DNA of 64,000 nucleotides from NCBI RefSeq assembly GCF_037042905.1, contig NC_087247.1:48484001-48548000 (forward strand), read 5' to 3'. Source of the stretch: Lytechinus pictus. Its lineage: Eukaryota. Below are positions 10,828 through 22,489 of this stretch, in pieces. The translations under genes were made by a program, and so were the position numbers. Under the pieces are notes generated by a model, which was not told the origin of the DNA, did not search any database, and saw only the letters and a list, made by a program, of their open reading frames with translations. The stretch's first letter is position 1, and every line of letters starts with the position of its first letter.

Positions 10828-13800
10828 AAAAAATCACACAAATTTGTTCTTACAGTTACATCATTATAATCAAGAATATCTTTACCCGTCCGGCGCGCGT
10901 CCGGAATCATGATGTAATTTGTCACGCACGAAAATAACTGTTTTTCGTCGAGGGGTATGCGGCAAGTGCGATGCAAAGAAAATGGTTGGTAAATATAAAA
11001 TAATTCTACCATATTCATAATTTTCATAATATTTGGAATAGCAAGTGCGAATTTTTCTTGATTGTATTTCCTCTAGTTGTCATTTTTAAAGCACTGAAAT
11101 AAAGGTGTCCGGCAATAGGATACACTCACTGCAATACCACACCAAAATGAGCATACGGGACTGTGACAAAACTGCAACGGCTTTATCGCTTTTAAAAATC
11201 GCAAACAGCAGTCATCAAACAAACTTATCAATCAATAAAGAATAATTTGCATACTTACTTTATACACCGAATCAATTTTAAATCTTATATTCATTTATAT
11301 TCCATAACTGCAGTCATTAAGAGTTTCATCCTAAAAAGTTTGCAGCATTCCTTCCTTGCGATATCTAGCGATAGCGTCGATCGATTGCACAATCTCTATG
11401 GAAACTTAGTCTGTTTGCACAGCTTCTTTTAGTGCAGGAAAACATTTTTCTTTTACCAAAAACCATCATTCTTAATCTTATATTTATAATTTCCGATAGA
11501 ATATTTTAAAAGATATAAATTCTACTGTTTGTTCCTAAAAGTCTTGAAATTATTATTTTGTTAAGCCTTTTGCTTAGCTCATGCATTAAAAACGACTGTA
11601 ACTAAAAACTACTAGCTAAAGATAGGAAAATAAGAAAGCAAAAGAAAAGGAAAGGAAAGAAAAGGAGATAAGAGCAGTGGAGAGAAGAGAAAAGAAAAGA
11701 GGAGAAAAAAGAAACAAAGAGAAAACAAGGAGATGGATATTTTATCCACCTCTATGAGAGAAAAAGAAAGAAAAGGAAAAAGAAAAAAAAAGCTCAGTCG
11801 GTTATCTAGAGCGCATGTTTCGGATAAGATCGTAGATCTCAACGTGAGGGCCCGGGGGCGGCGGGGGGGGGGGGGCACTCAGTATATGGGGTCGGGTCAA
11901 CTCGGACCACGGGACAACTCGGACCGCGGGCCGAGTTGTCCCACCCATTACGATATTTTTTTTAAACAAATCTGCGTCTATTTTTCCGTCATTTCGAAAT
12001 TTCTTGTAAAGATTTTCTAGAGATATGGTCTGATGGTAATGTTCTTCACTTTTTATCACTTTTTTTTCGCTGAAATAAAAAAAAAAGTGTAATTTTAGGC
12101 GTTTTTCGACAGCTCGCGATTCCCATAGGCGCGCGTGTATTAACTGTGTCGGTGCTCGGCTCGGCCCCGCTCAACAACTGACTTGATTTTGTGATCATTT
12201 CTCCTCAAGTTACCACTTTTATCGCAGAAGATGGACTTTCTTGTATTCCATTAACTCCATTTCCTCATCACAAGGATAAAATTTGGTGCATTTGCACGAT
12301 TTTGTTAAAGTTTTTCACCTTTTCTCTCTGGTCGCAAGAAGCGAACAACCGATGAACGGTCCGCTGCTCTTCATCGCAATTCTACGTAGCTCGGCCGCCT
12401 AAACTGGCGGGGTGGGATTCAGCCCGAATCCCCAATGGAAGTGGGCGTGCACAGTCAAAGAGCTGAGCTTGACTGAGTGAGAGAGTGAACTAGAGATAGT
12501 AGAGCTTGAAGCTTGGCAGTGTCGCATAGGCTCTGCCTTTTTTTTTGTAAATATTTATATATATATTTTTATTTTTTTATTTTCCCTGGTGTAGAGCTTT
12601 AAGATTGTAATAATTTAATATACTTCAATTTCTTTGACTGAGTGTGACTGTGGTGTGGATGTTTGAGTCGCGCAAAAAATACTTTTACGTGGGTGGGGGC
12701 TCGGGGCGATTCACTCCTGCCCCCGAAATGTGAAAAAATATTTGCAGTGTAGATGTGTGGGCATGCCGGGCTGCGAATATTTTTTCTGTACATGGAAACG
12801 CTATGGGATAAAATATTCGCTGCCGGGCTGAGGGTAGCGATCAATAATAAATGTTTTATTTGGGGGCTTAATTTTTAACTTCAAATTGATTATTTTTAGG
12901 CCTTTTTTTTTACATTTTTTTTTTAGATTGAGTTTCCCTGGTGTAGAGATCGAGCTGAGTTTTAAGTTGCAATAATCAATATGCTTCAATTTATTTGACT
13001 TTGAGTGTGACTGTGGTGTGGATGTTTGAGTCGCACAAAAAATACTGTTACGTTGGTGGGAGCTCGGGGCGATTTCACTCCTGCCCTCGAAATGTGAAAA
13101 AATATTTGCAGTGTAGATGTGTGGGCATGCCGGGCTGAGGGTAGCGATCAATAATAAATGTTTTATTTGGGGGCTTAATTTTTAACTTCAAATTGATTAT
13201 TTTTAGGCCTTTTTTTTAACATTTTTTTTTTAGATTGAGTTTCCCTGGTGTAGAGAGCAGAGTTTTAAGTTGCAATAATCAATATGCTTCAATTTATTTG
13301 ACTTTGAGTGTGACTGTGGTGTGGATGTTTGAGTCGCACAAAAAATACTGTTACGTTGGTGGGGACTCGGGGCGATTTCACTCCTGCCCTCGAAATGTGA
13401 AAAAATATTTGCAGTGTAGATGTGTGGGCATGCCGGGCTGAGGGTAGCCATCAATAATAAATGTTTTATTTGGGGGCTTAATTTTTAACTTCAAATTGAT
13501 TATTTTTAGGCCTTTTTTTAACATTTTTTTTTAAGATTGAGTTTCCCTGGTGTAGAGAGCTGAGTTTTAAGTTGCAATAATTAATATGCTTCAATTTCTT
13601 TGACTTTGAGTGTGACTGTGGTGTGGATGTTTGAGTCGCAAAAAAAAAACTTTTACGTGGGTGCATGGGGCTCGGGCGATTTCACTCCTGCCCCCGAAAT
13701 GTGAAAAAATAAATATTCGGGGTGTAGCTGTGTGGGCATGCCGGGCTGAGGGTAGCCATCAATAAAAAATGTTGTATTTGGGGGCTTAATTTTGAATTAA

Positions 13801-14081
13801 ATTAATTTTTATTTTTACAGGATTTAAAACAAAATGATGTAATTTATTGTGCCCCTTTCCATTCCTCGTTTTTCCCTGATTTACTTTCTTTAATTTCATT
13901 TCTTGGTCTTAAGGGTGGATGTCAGGCTGCCGGGGTGGAATTCAGCTGGAATTGCCAATGGAAGTGGACGTACCTGCACAGTCGTGAGCTTGGAGACTGA
14001 AGCCTTGCCCTATACAGTTGTGAACATTTTTTTCAATCAAGTTTTAGGGCCACTCAGTGTTATTCCCATTTGAAATATAAT

Positions 14082-14300
14082 CAGGGGCGGATCCAACATT
14101 TCCCTACAGGGCCAGGGGGGGGGGGGGCATTTTGTATAGGAATTTTTTGACAAAAGGTCTTCACTGCCAAATCATAGTAATTTGTTTCCCCCAGGAAAAA
14201 TTTGACAAGCAAAGAAAAAAAAAAGGTTCTCAGTTGCTTTTTGAGTACCTCTCAAGGGGGAGGGGCCGAATGTGCAACCCCCCCTCCTGATTCGCCACTG
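14082..14300. mobile_element. hAT-type MITE inside the foldback core
   Basis: Ends CAGGGGCGGATC...GATTCGCCACTG. Confidence 0.55.
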
Positions 14301-15262
14301 GAACTAATGTCCATTTCATTTAGTTTGTAATTTTTTACAGGAGGAAAGAATGGAGTAAGAAGTTTTGTGTTTTGTATTTTTACCAATTATTGCTTATTCA
14401 AAGTAAAATGTATTTAAGTTAGTATTGTTCCAAAATGCATCACTAATCTTAATTAACTTGTTTAAATTTAAAATGTAAGCCTGAATAATAATGAATTGTG
14501 AACTTTGAATAAATAGAAATATTCATGTATATGTTATATTCTGTAAATTGTAATATTTTCAAATCATATTTTATCTCCATTCTTATCTAATCATTGTCTC
14601 CCTCTCTCATTATGTTCATCACTCTTCAATTAAATTTATATTCTATTACTGGTATAAAAAAAGCCAACAATACTAAACACTGATACATCGATCAATAGAA
14701 AAAACAAAGAAAAAGAGGGAAAATACAAAGAAATGACAGGTAAATGGAGGGCCCAGGCCGGGGGTAACAACAAATCATGCTTGTCTGGGTTTTAAAAACA
14801 GGAGAAGGGTGGTCAATACAATATTGCAAATAGAAACTATGAAGTGGGTTTTGTTTTTATCAAATTATATTTGCAGTTCCTTTGGAGTGATGTTGTTTTT
14901 GTTTTTCTTTAATAGAATATCACCCATTCTAGAAAACTGAACTTTGTATCTAACACTAAGTTGCCCTAGTGTTTTTTTCCAATCTACATTTTCTAGTTCC
15001 TGGTATCATGATTATGGATGTAATCATTTAAGGTGTACCAGTTAGAACATTTTTGACTTTTGGTATATATTTACATAAATTATGCAAGTTGCAGGTCACG
15101 TAGTTGATAAATTGTTGACACAAGCATTAGCTATATGATCACCTTCTCAATGACTCTTAAGACAAGCTTCTGTAACAATAAAATTATTGTATTTACTAGA
15201 TAATTTGATCAACTTGAACAAATTGTGGTAATATTATTTAATAAGTTATATATCAGTGATAA

Positions 15263-15603
15263 TGGGGTACTCCAGGCTGAAAATGATATGATTTGAACAA
15301 AGAAAACATTAAAAATTTGATCAAAATCGGATAAGGAATAACAAAATTATCGCTGCATTTTAAATAATGATTTGCATAATTCTGGTGAAACAGGTCTGGC
15401 GTGTCTTCATGGATATTCAATAAGCAAGCTTATGATGTCACATCCTCACTTTTATTATATGAAATTAGATTGATTAATTTTTTAAACGTTAAACTCAATA
15501 ACTCCGCTATTTGATGTCAGATTTTTATGAAATAAGCACTTTGATATATGTGAATGTTACTATATCTATTTATATATAAATATTTTCATCCCGGAGCATC
15601 CCT
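15263..15603. mobile_element. Kolobok-like (TTAA-target) MITE
   Basis: Ends TGGGGTACTCCAGGCTGAAAAT / TTTTCATCCCGGAGCATCCCCT-TTAA. Related copies lie at 51078 and 55660. Confidence 0.55.
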
Positions 15604-15694
15604 TTAAATGATTTATTTATTATTTCTGTCTTCTCAAGAAAGAGTGGTCTCTTTAATAAAAAAAACTGAGTTAAGTAGAGAGCCCTGTACATAC

Positions 15695-16070
15695 AACAAG
15701 TGGAACGTCACTGGCAGTCTCACCTGACACCTGCATTACACGATTCATTATAGCAGCAGTGCCCGGGAGCAGTGCTGACTTTGAAAACTACTATAAAATA
15801 GTTATTCAAAATTAGTTATTCAACAAATACCCCCACATGGCCAAAGTTCATTGACATTGAATGACCTTTGACCTTGATCATGTGACCTGAAACTCGCTGC
15901 AGGATGTTCAGTGATACTTGATTAATCTTATGTCCAAGTTTCATGAACTATGTCCAAATACTTTCTAAGTTATGCTGTCATTTCAGAAACTTATTCGGTT
16001 AAGATTTGATGTTGACGCTGCCGTCGGAAAAGCGGCGCCTATAGTTTCACTCTGCTATCCAGGTGATACA
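15695..16070 (+). mobile_element. Short HINE-like copy
   Basis: Same 5' end (AACAAGTGG...GGCAGTCTCACCTG) and 3' end (GGAAAAGCGGCGCCTATAG...CAGGTGATACA) as the 2792 copy. Confidence 0.65.
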
Positions 16071-16426
16071 GTGATGAAAAATAAAGTAAAATAAATTTAA
16101 TAAAAAAGAAAAACCACATGCTATATAAAAGAAATGAAATTCAAAATCATAAATTCGTCATTTTTATTGAATGAAGAATTTAATTTATTGATAATTGGAA
16201 AAAATATTACCCCTATTTTCTTTCAATATAACCAAAATACTTGTAGGGCCTAGTATGATTTTCATCACATAACATGATTTAGAACAAAAATCAAGCCATA
16301 TTTTGGGGTTATCGTGTGGGACGGAATCTTCATGACTGCATTCGTCGGACGGAATTTTCTTCTTAAATCTATCTCTGCCGGCTTTTCAACTTCCCTCCCC
16401 ATCATCCTCGTCCCTATCATCATCCC

Positions 16427-16714
16427 CATGGGCGGAAATCTGTCCCCAGGGGGGACCTGGGGCTGGAAAAAAAGGTTATCGCCGAAAATATAGGGTCATT
16501 TTATAACCCAAAAATAATTGACAAAAAAAAGGGGGTTTTCAAAAATATAAGGTCATTAATTTAGTCCTAAATACATGTAATATTTCGATTGTGAATGATG
16601 TATTATTTTGTTCTCCATCATACAAGAAGAAAAATAGTAGGGTGGACATTTGATATTGTGTCCCCCTTCTATTTTTGGTAGGGGGACACGTCCCCCCTGG
16701 GATTTCCTCCCATA
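16427..16714. mobile_element. hAT MITE with 8-bp TSD
   Basis: CATGGGCGGAAATC...GATTTCCTCCCATA. TSD ATCATCCC at 16419-16426 and 16715-16722. Same family as the 23118 element. Confidence 0.75.
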
Positions 16715-17090
16715 ATCATCCCCATCCCTCACACCCTTGCCCCTCTCACCATCTCCATGCACCCCTCTCATCATCCCCATCCCTCTCATCAAGAGTCATC
16801 ATCCCCATCCCTCTTATCATTGCCATCCCTCACCTCCTCGTCCCTCTCATCATCAAGGCCCATCTCTCATCATCGCCATCCCTCACATCCTCGTCCGTTT
16901 CATCATCCTCATCTCCATCTCTTTCATTACCTTCATCCCTCTCATCACCCCCCCTCTCATTAAGAGTCATCAAAAATTATCATCCCTCTCATCATCACCA
17001 TCTCTCACCTCCTCGTCCCTCTCATCATCAAGGCCCACCCCTCATCATCGCCATCCCTCACATCCTCGCCCCTCTCACCATCTCCAAAAC
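16715..17090. repeat. CATC/CCTC low-complexity repeat
   Basis: Degenerate CATCATCCCCATCCCTCTC units. These explain the overlapping His/Pro/Ser-rich spurious ORFs. Confidence 0.8.
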
Positions 17091-18989
17091 TCGGCTCTCT
17101 ACACCAGGGAAACTCAATATAAAAAATAAAAATGAAATTGGCATGCCCACACAGATACACCTAGAACATTTTCACATTTCGGGGGCAGGAGTGAAGAAGC
17201 TCCGAGCCCCCATCCACGGTATAAGTATTTTTTGAGAGACTCAAACATCCACACCACAGTCGCACTCAAAGTAAAAGAAATTGAAGCATATTGATTATTC
17301 CAACTTAAAAATCAGCTCTCTACACCAGGGAAACTCAATATATAAAAAAAAAATGAAAATAAAAAAAATAGGCCTAAAAATAATCAATTCGAAGTTAAGA
17401 ATTAAGCCCCCAAATAAACATTTATTATTGATGGCTACCCTCAGCCCGGCATGCCAACACATCTACACTGCGAATATTTTTTCACATTTCGAGGGCAGGA
17501 GTGAAATCGCCCCGAGCCCCCACCAACGTAACAGTATTTTTGTGCGACTCAAACATCCACACCACAGTCACACTCAAAATCAAAGAAATTGAAGCATATT
17601 GATTATTGCAACTTAAAACTCAGCTCTCTACACCAGGGACACTCAATATAAAAAAATAGAATAAAATGAAAAAAAAAGAAATAGGCCTAAAAATAATCAA
17701 TTCGAAGTTAAAAATTAAGCCCCCAAATAAACATTTATTATTGATGGCTACCCTCAGCCCGGCATGCCAACACATATTAAATTATTACAATCTTAAAGCT
17801 CTACACCAGGGAAAATAAAAAAATAAAAATATATATATAAATATTTACAAAAAAAAAGGCAGAGCCTATGCGACACTGCCAAGCTTCAAGCTCTACTATC
17901 TCTAGTTCACTCTCTCACTCAGTCAAGCTCAGCTCTTTGACTGTGCACGCCCACTTCCATTGGGGATTCGGGCTGAATCCCACCCCGCCAGTTTAGGCGG
18001 CCGAGCTACGTAGAATTGCGATGAAGAGCAGCGGACCGTTCATCGGTTGTTCGCTTCTTGCGACCAGAGAGAAAAGGTGAAAAACTTTAACAAAATCGTG
18101 CAAATGCACCAAATTTTATCCTTGTGATGAGGAAATGGAGTTAATGGAATACAAGAAAGTCCATCTTCTGCGATAAAAGTGGTAACTTGAGGAGAAATGA
18201 TCACAAAATCAAGTCAGTTGTTGAGCGGGGCCGAGCCGAGCACCGACACAGTTAATACACGCGCGCCTATGGGAATCGCGAGCTGTCGAAAAACGCCTAA
18301 AATTACACTTTTTTTTTTATTTCAGCGAAAAAAAAGTGATAAAAAGTGAAGAACATTACCATCAGACCATATCTCTAGAAAATCTTTACAAGAAATTTCG
18401 AAATGACGGAAAAATAGACGCAGATTTGTTTAAAAAAAATATCGTAATGGGTGGGACAACTCGGCCCGCGGTCCGAGTTGTCCCGTGGTCCGAGTTGTCC
18501 CTGATTCCAGTATATAATGCATAGTGGGTATGTGCCGCGGAGGGGACCCCCATTTTTACTGCTGGCTAGCGACCGACGGGTTTCCATTCTCGGCCGTTCT
18601 CTGATTGGTCAGTTAAGACAGTGCGGTGTCTGTGTGTTCCGTATGTGTATGTGTGATATGATGCGAAGCGTGCTGTACACATGTGTTCACTGGATTTGTG
18701 GGTATAGAGTAAATACCCAGTCGTTTTCTTGATTTTAACCTTACAATTAATAACAACAATCAGGGATGGGTTTATTTTGTTGCTGTGTGTGCATGTGAAG
18801 GAGAGAAGTTTCTTAAAGCTCTTAATTAACTGACTCTCTATGATAATTGCTACATTCCAAGGTTTTGAAAAGGGTCTTTTATTTTTTCCTCAGTCTATTA
18901 ATTCTCCCATTATACATCAATTAAAGAGAGTATTATACAAAACAATATCCACTGTACATGGAAACCTGCCATTCAATTGACTATATGTT

Positions 18990-19465
18990 TCAGAGTAATG
19001 AAAATGGAAACATGCCGGTCAATTGACCAGTATATGAAAATGGAAACATGCCGGTCAATTGACCATATATTTCAGTGTATAATGAAAATGGAAACATGCC
19101 GGTCAATTGACCGTATAGTTCAGTGTATATAATGAAAACGGAAACATGCCGGTCAATTGACTGATATATATATGAAAATGGAAACATGCCGGTCAGTTTA
19201 CCATATATTTCACTGTATAATAAAACTGGAAACATGCCGGTCAATTGACCAGTGTATAATGAAATGGAAACATGCCGGTCAGTTTACCGTATGTTTCAGT
19301 GTATAATAAAAGTGGAAATATGCCGGTCGATTGACCGGTATATATGAAAATGGAAACATGCCAGTCAGTTTACCATATGTTTCAGTGGATAATGAAAATG
19401 GAAACATGCCGGTCAATTGACTATGTTTCAGTGTATAATGAAACTGGAAACATGCCGGTCAATTC
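18990..19465 (+). repeat. 48-bp minisatellite array (left arm)
   Basis: Unit AATGAAAATGGAAACATGCCGGTCAATTGACCATATRTTTCAGTGTAT. Confidence 0.9.
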
Positions 19466-19854
19466 TGTTCATTTCCTCTCTCTCTTTTGTTCTTTCTCTC
19501 ATTGTCTATCTACTAAAGACGTATGTAATAAATGAAGATCAGACGCATGGGGATTTTTTTTTTACTTTTTAATTTGATTTGATTTATTTATTTCCGTTTC
19601 ACAATTTCATATTCTTTGAAAAACAGAAAGTGACAAGAACGTTCTTCATCAGCTAGATCATGATGCATGTATTTATTATTCATTAAGATTGCATATCATG
19701 TGAAGAAATGTGCAAATTGAAAATCGCAATTTAACAGACAAATGAACTTCATTCTTTCATTTTCAATATAAAAAAACTTCCAACTATTAATATGCTTTAC
19801 AGGCAACCCAAACGTCCATTCAAATCACTGACATTTTGCAATGAAACTTGTTGA

Positions 19855-20515
19855 CAGGCATATGTTTCCATTTTCATTATACACTGAAATATAATTGACC
19901 GGCATGTTTCCATTTTCATATACTGGTCAATTGACCGGCATGTTTCCGTTTTCATTATACAGTGAAACACATGCATGGTCAATTGACCGGCATGTTTCCA
20001 TTTTCATTATACAGTGAAACATATGGTCAATTGACCAGCATGTTTCCATTTTCATATAAACCGGTCAATTGACTGGCATGTTTCCATTTTCATTATACAG
20101 TGAAACGTATGGTCAATTGACCGGCATGTTTCCATTTTCATTATACAGTGAAACATATGGTCAATTGACCGGCATGTTTCCATTTTCATTATACAGTGAA
20201 ACATATGGTCAATTGACCGGCATGTTTCCATTTTCATTATACACTGAAATATATGGTCAATCGACCGGCATGTTTCCATTTTCATTATACAGTGAAACAT
20301 ATGGTCAATTGACCGGCATGTTTCCATTTTCATTATACAGTGAAACATATGCATGGTCAATTGACCGGCATGTTTCCATTTTCATTATACACTGAAATAT
20401 ATGGTCAATTGACCGGCATGTTTCCATTTTCATATTATACTGGTCAATTGACTAGCATGTTTCCATTTTTATAATACACTGTCCAATGACCGGCATGTTT
20501 CCATTTTCATTACAG
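19855..20515 (-). repeat. 48-bp minisatellite array (right arm, inverted)
   Basis: Reverse complement of the left-arm unit. It gives the 16-aa periodic ORFs in the track. Confidence 0.9.
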
Positions 20516-21760
20516 TGGACATTCTATAATGTAATGAAACACAAGTGAAGACTCTTTAATAATGGGAGAATTTTCTAAAACAAACAAATCAAATAATTGG
20601 AATTTAGCAATTATAATTATAATTTTAAGCTTGGAAAGAGAGTCAGTTAATTAAGAGCTGTAAGAAACTTCTATCCTTCACATGCATTATTAATTGTAAG
20701 GTTAAAATCAAGAAAACGACTGGGTATCTATTCTATGCCCACACTTCTAGTGAACACATGTACAGCACGCTTCGCATCACACATACACACACGGAACACA
20801 CAGTCTTAACTGACCAATCAGAGAGCGACTGAGAATGGAAACCCGTCGGTCGCTAGCCAGCAGTCCATTTTTACACTCAAATTTCCGTTCCGAGGCATAG
20901 CATTTTTGTCTTATTGAGAAAAAAGATCAAAGAAAGCCGCTCCAGAGCATAGCACTTTCTTCTTCTCGAGAAAAAAGAAGAAAAAAATCCGCTCCAGGGC
21001 TTCGCATATTTTCCGTTACGCCGTTCCGGTCGCAATTTTGGTGAAAAGCGGCCGCAGCTCGCTGTCCGACCATCGCCTCTGCGCTAGTGCGCCCGTCAGT
21101 CGTGCCGCCGGGCTAGCTGCAAGTACGTTCCATAGGGATGCATACGCACTCGCACGCAGGCGACCCGTTCCAAGGACCCCCGTTTTCACAAACAATTGTA
21201 GTTCCGAAGCCCGTTCCGAGGACCCTCCTTTTTACAATGAGCCCGCTCCAAGTCACTCTTCGAAGTGTTTTGGGCAAGGAAACAAGTTTAAAAAGGTGCG
21301 AGATATCTTTAAATCAAGTTTACTAGCTAAATTCGATGTGTTCTTCATGATTAAGGTTTACTTTTATTCGCATAACTATTTCAAAGCTCTGCGCAAATTA
21401 TTTTCACTAACTTTTCAAAAGTAAGTGGTGCTCACTCAAGCGGAAATGTTTTTCGAAAGTTATATCGTCATTTGCTTAAAGGGATCTGTACCAATGTTAA
21501 AATGTGGAATAATCTTCAGGATATTACAAATATATAATTTCACAAGATTTTTCCTAAGTGTAAACTTTTTTATACGCACTGTAGAGTAATTAAAATAGCA
21601 TATATATTATATGGAGAAAGGAAAGGAATTTACTGAAATGAAAAGAAGCTATTACTTCTTTCAAAGCTGAAAAGCTAAAAAAAAAAAAGCAGGGGCTAAT
21701 AGTCATTTCTTGACTGGTTGCCAGGCTGCCAGACAAAGGAGAAGAATTAACAGTTAATAG

Positions 21761-21799
<39 letters not shown>

Positions 21800-21807
21800 T
21801 GTTTATA

Positions 21808-21852
21808 CAGTCTCCTTTTATTTCTACATTATGACGCTGACGCAGAGCTCTT

Positions 21853-21901
<49 letters not shown>

Positions 21902-21950
21902 ATCAAAGAGTTCTGCGTCGGCGTCATAATGTAGAAATAAAACAAGACTT
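21808..21950. repeat. ~50-bp inverted repeat enclosing a (TA)n microsatellite (tiny MITE/hairpin)
   Basis: TTTATTTCTACATTATGACGCTGACGCAGAGCTCTTTGAT-(TA)n-ATCAAAGAGTTCTGCGTCGGCGTCATAATGTAGAAATAAA. Confidence 0.75.
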
Positions 21951-22489
21951 AAGAAAAACGCCGCGGGAAGACATAATCTTCCAAATTTTCGGTCATAGAC
22001 CTTCTACAGGGATATGTCCATCATTTCATCATTTTGGACTGATGACATTATATCATCAGTCCAAAATTAATGATGGAAATTTCCTTCCTCAAAAATTTGG
22101 CAATCTGATTAAACATCTAAGAACTTATAGTCGGACAGGGGTGTGCGACTGAGAACTCCCGACCCGTTCCCACACCCTGGGGTTCTTATGTTGTAAATAG
22201 GCACCCACGTCTCAGCATTTTTTGGTGCGTGAAAAGTAGGCCCATGTCTATCAGGGGTAGATCCAACTTTTGCTAATGGGGTTGGGGGAGGAGAATTATT
22301 TTTATCCACATTTTCCGGCCAATAAAAGCTGATTTGTGCAGCAATTAATTTTTAGGTGGTAGAACATAATTAAAGAATAAAGTATTAAGTACATCCTAAC
22401 TTTATTATTAAAAACAAGATGTTATATATCATAAAAGGTAAGTGAATGATCCGAGCGCGGAGCTCGAGCTCAATTTTTAAAATATTTTT

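Larger units (their letters stand above)
8533..11131. mobile_element. Degenerate TIR element, possibly Tc1/mariner-like, hosting the satellite-bearing element
   Basis: Imperfect inverted ends TAGTCACGTATTGTATTACCGGACAC / GTGTCCGGCAATAGGATACACTCACTG. A second inverted motif is ATGATTCCGGACGCGC / GCGCGTCCGGAATCAT. Confidence 0.45.
11888..18507. mobile_element. 6.6-kb foldback-type (MULE/FB-like) non-autonomous transposon
   Basis: About 730 bp of near-perfect TIR (11890-12620 vs 17775-18505; identical peptides on opposite strands in the ORF track). Inverted arrays of a ~303-bp unit at 12580-13800 and 17095-17770. TSD CAGTATAT at 11880-11887 and 18508-18515. No transposase ORF. Confidence 0.85.
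18558..20864. mobile_element. 2.3-kb foldback element with inverted 48-bp minisatellite arrays
   Basis: TIR ACTGCTGGCTAGCGACCGACGGGTTTCCATTCTC / GAGAATGGAAACCCGTCGGTCGCTAGCCAGCAGT, with homology extending over 300 bp. TSD CCATTTTT at 18550-18557 and 20865-20872. Confidence 0.85.
11851..21250. mobile_element. Host non-autonomous element with a CCCGGGG...CACTC left end (CMC/EnSpm-like), split by two foldback insertions; right end not found
   Basis: Removing the two inserts gives continuous CCCGGG...GGCACTCAGTATATAATGCATAGTGGGTATGTGCCGCGGAGGGGACCCCCATTTTTACACTCAAATTTCCGTTCC, followed by repeated CCGTTCC/CCGCTCC motifs. Confidence 0.55.

Noticed and set aside
16556-17235. His/Pro/Ser-rich ORFs up to 186 aa
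   Set aside because: These arise from a low-complexity CATC/CCTC tract open in several frames at once, and they cross transposon boundaries.
12599-17592. Repeated MATLSPACPHIYTANIFSHF ORFs
   Set aside because: Products of the ~303-bp tandem unit of the foldback arms, with variable frameshifts and no transposase motifs.
18990-20395. ORFs with 16-aa repeats (TGMFPFSLYSETYGQL; MKMETCRSIDH)
   Set aside because: Translation of a 48-bp minisatellite, open on both strands, with no splice or domain evidence.
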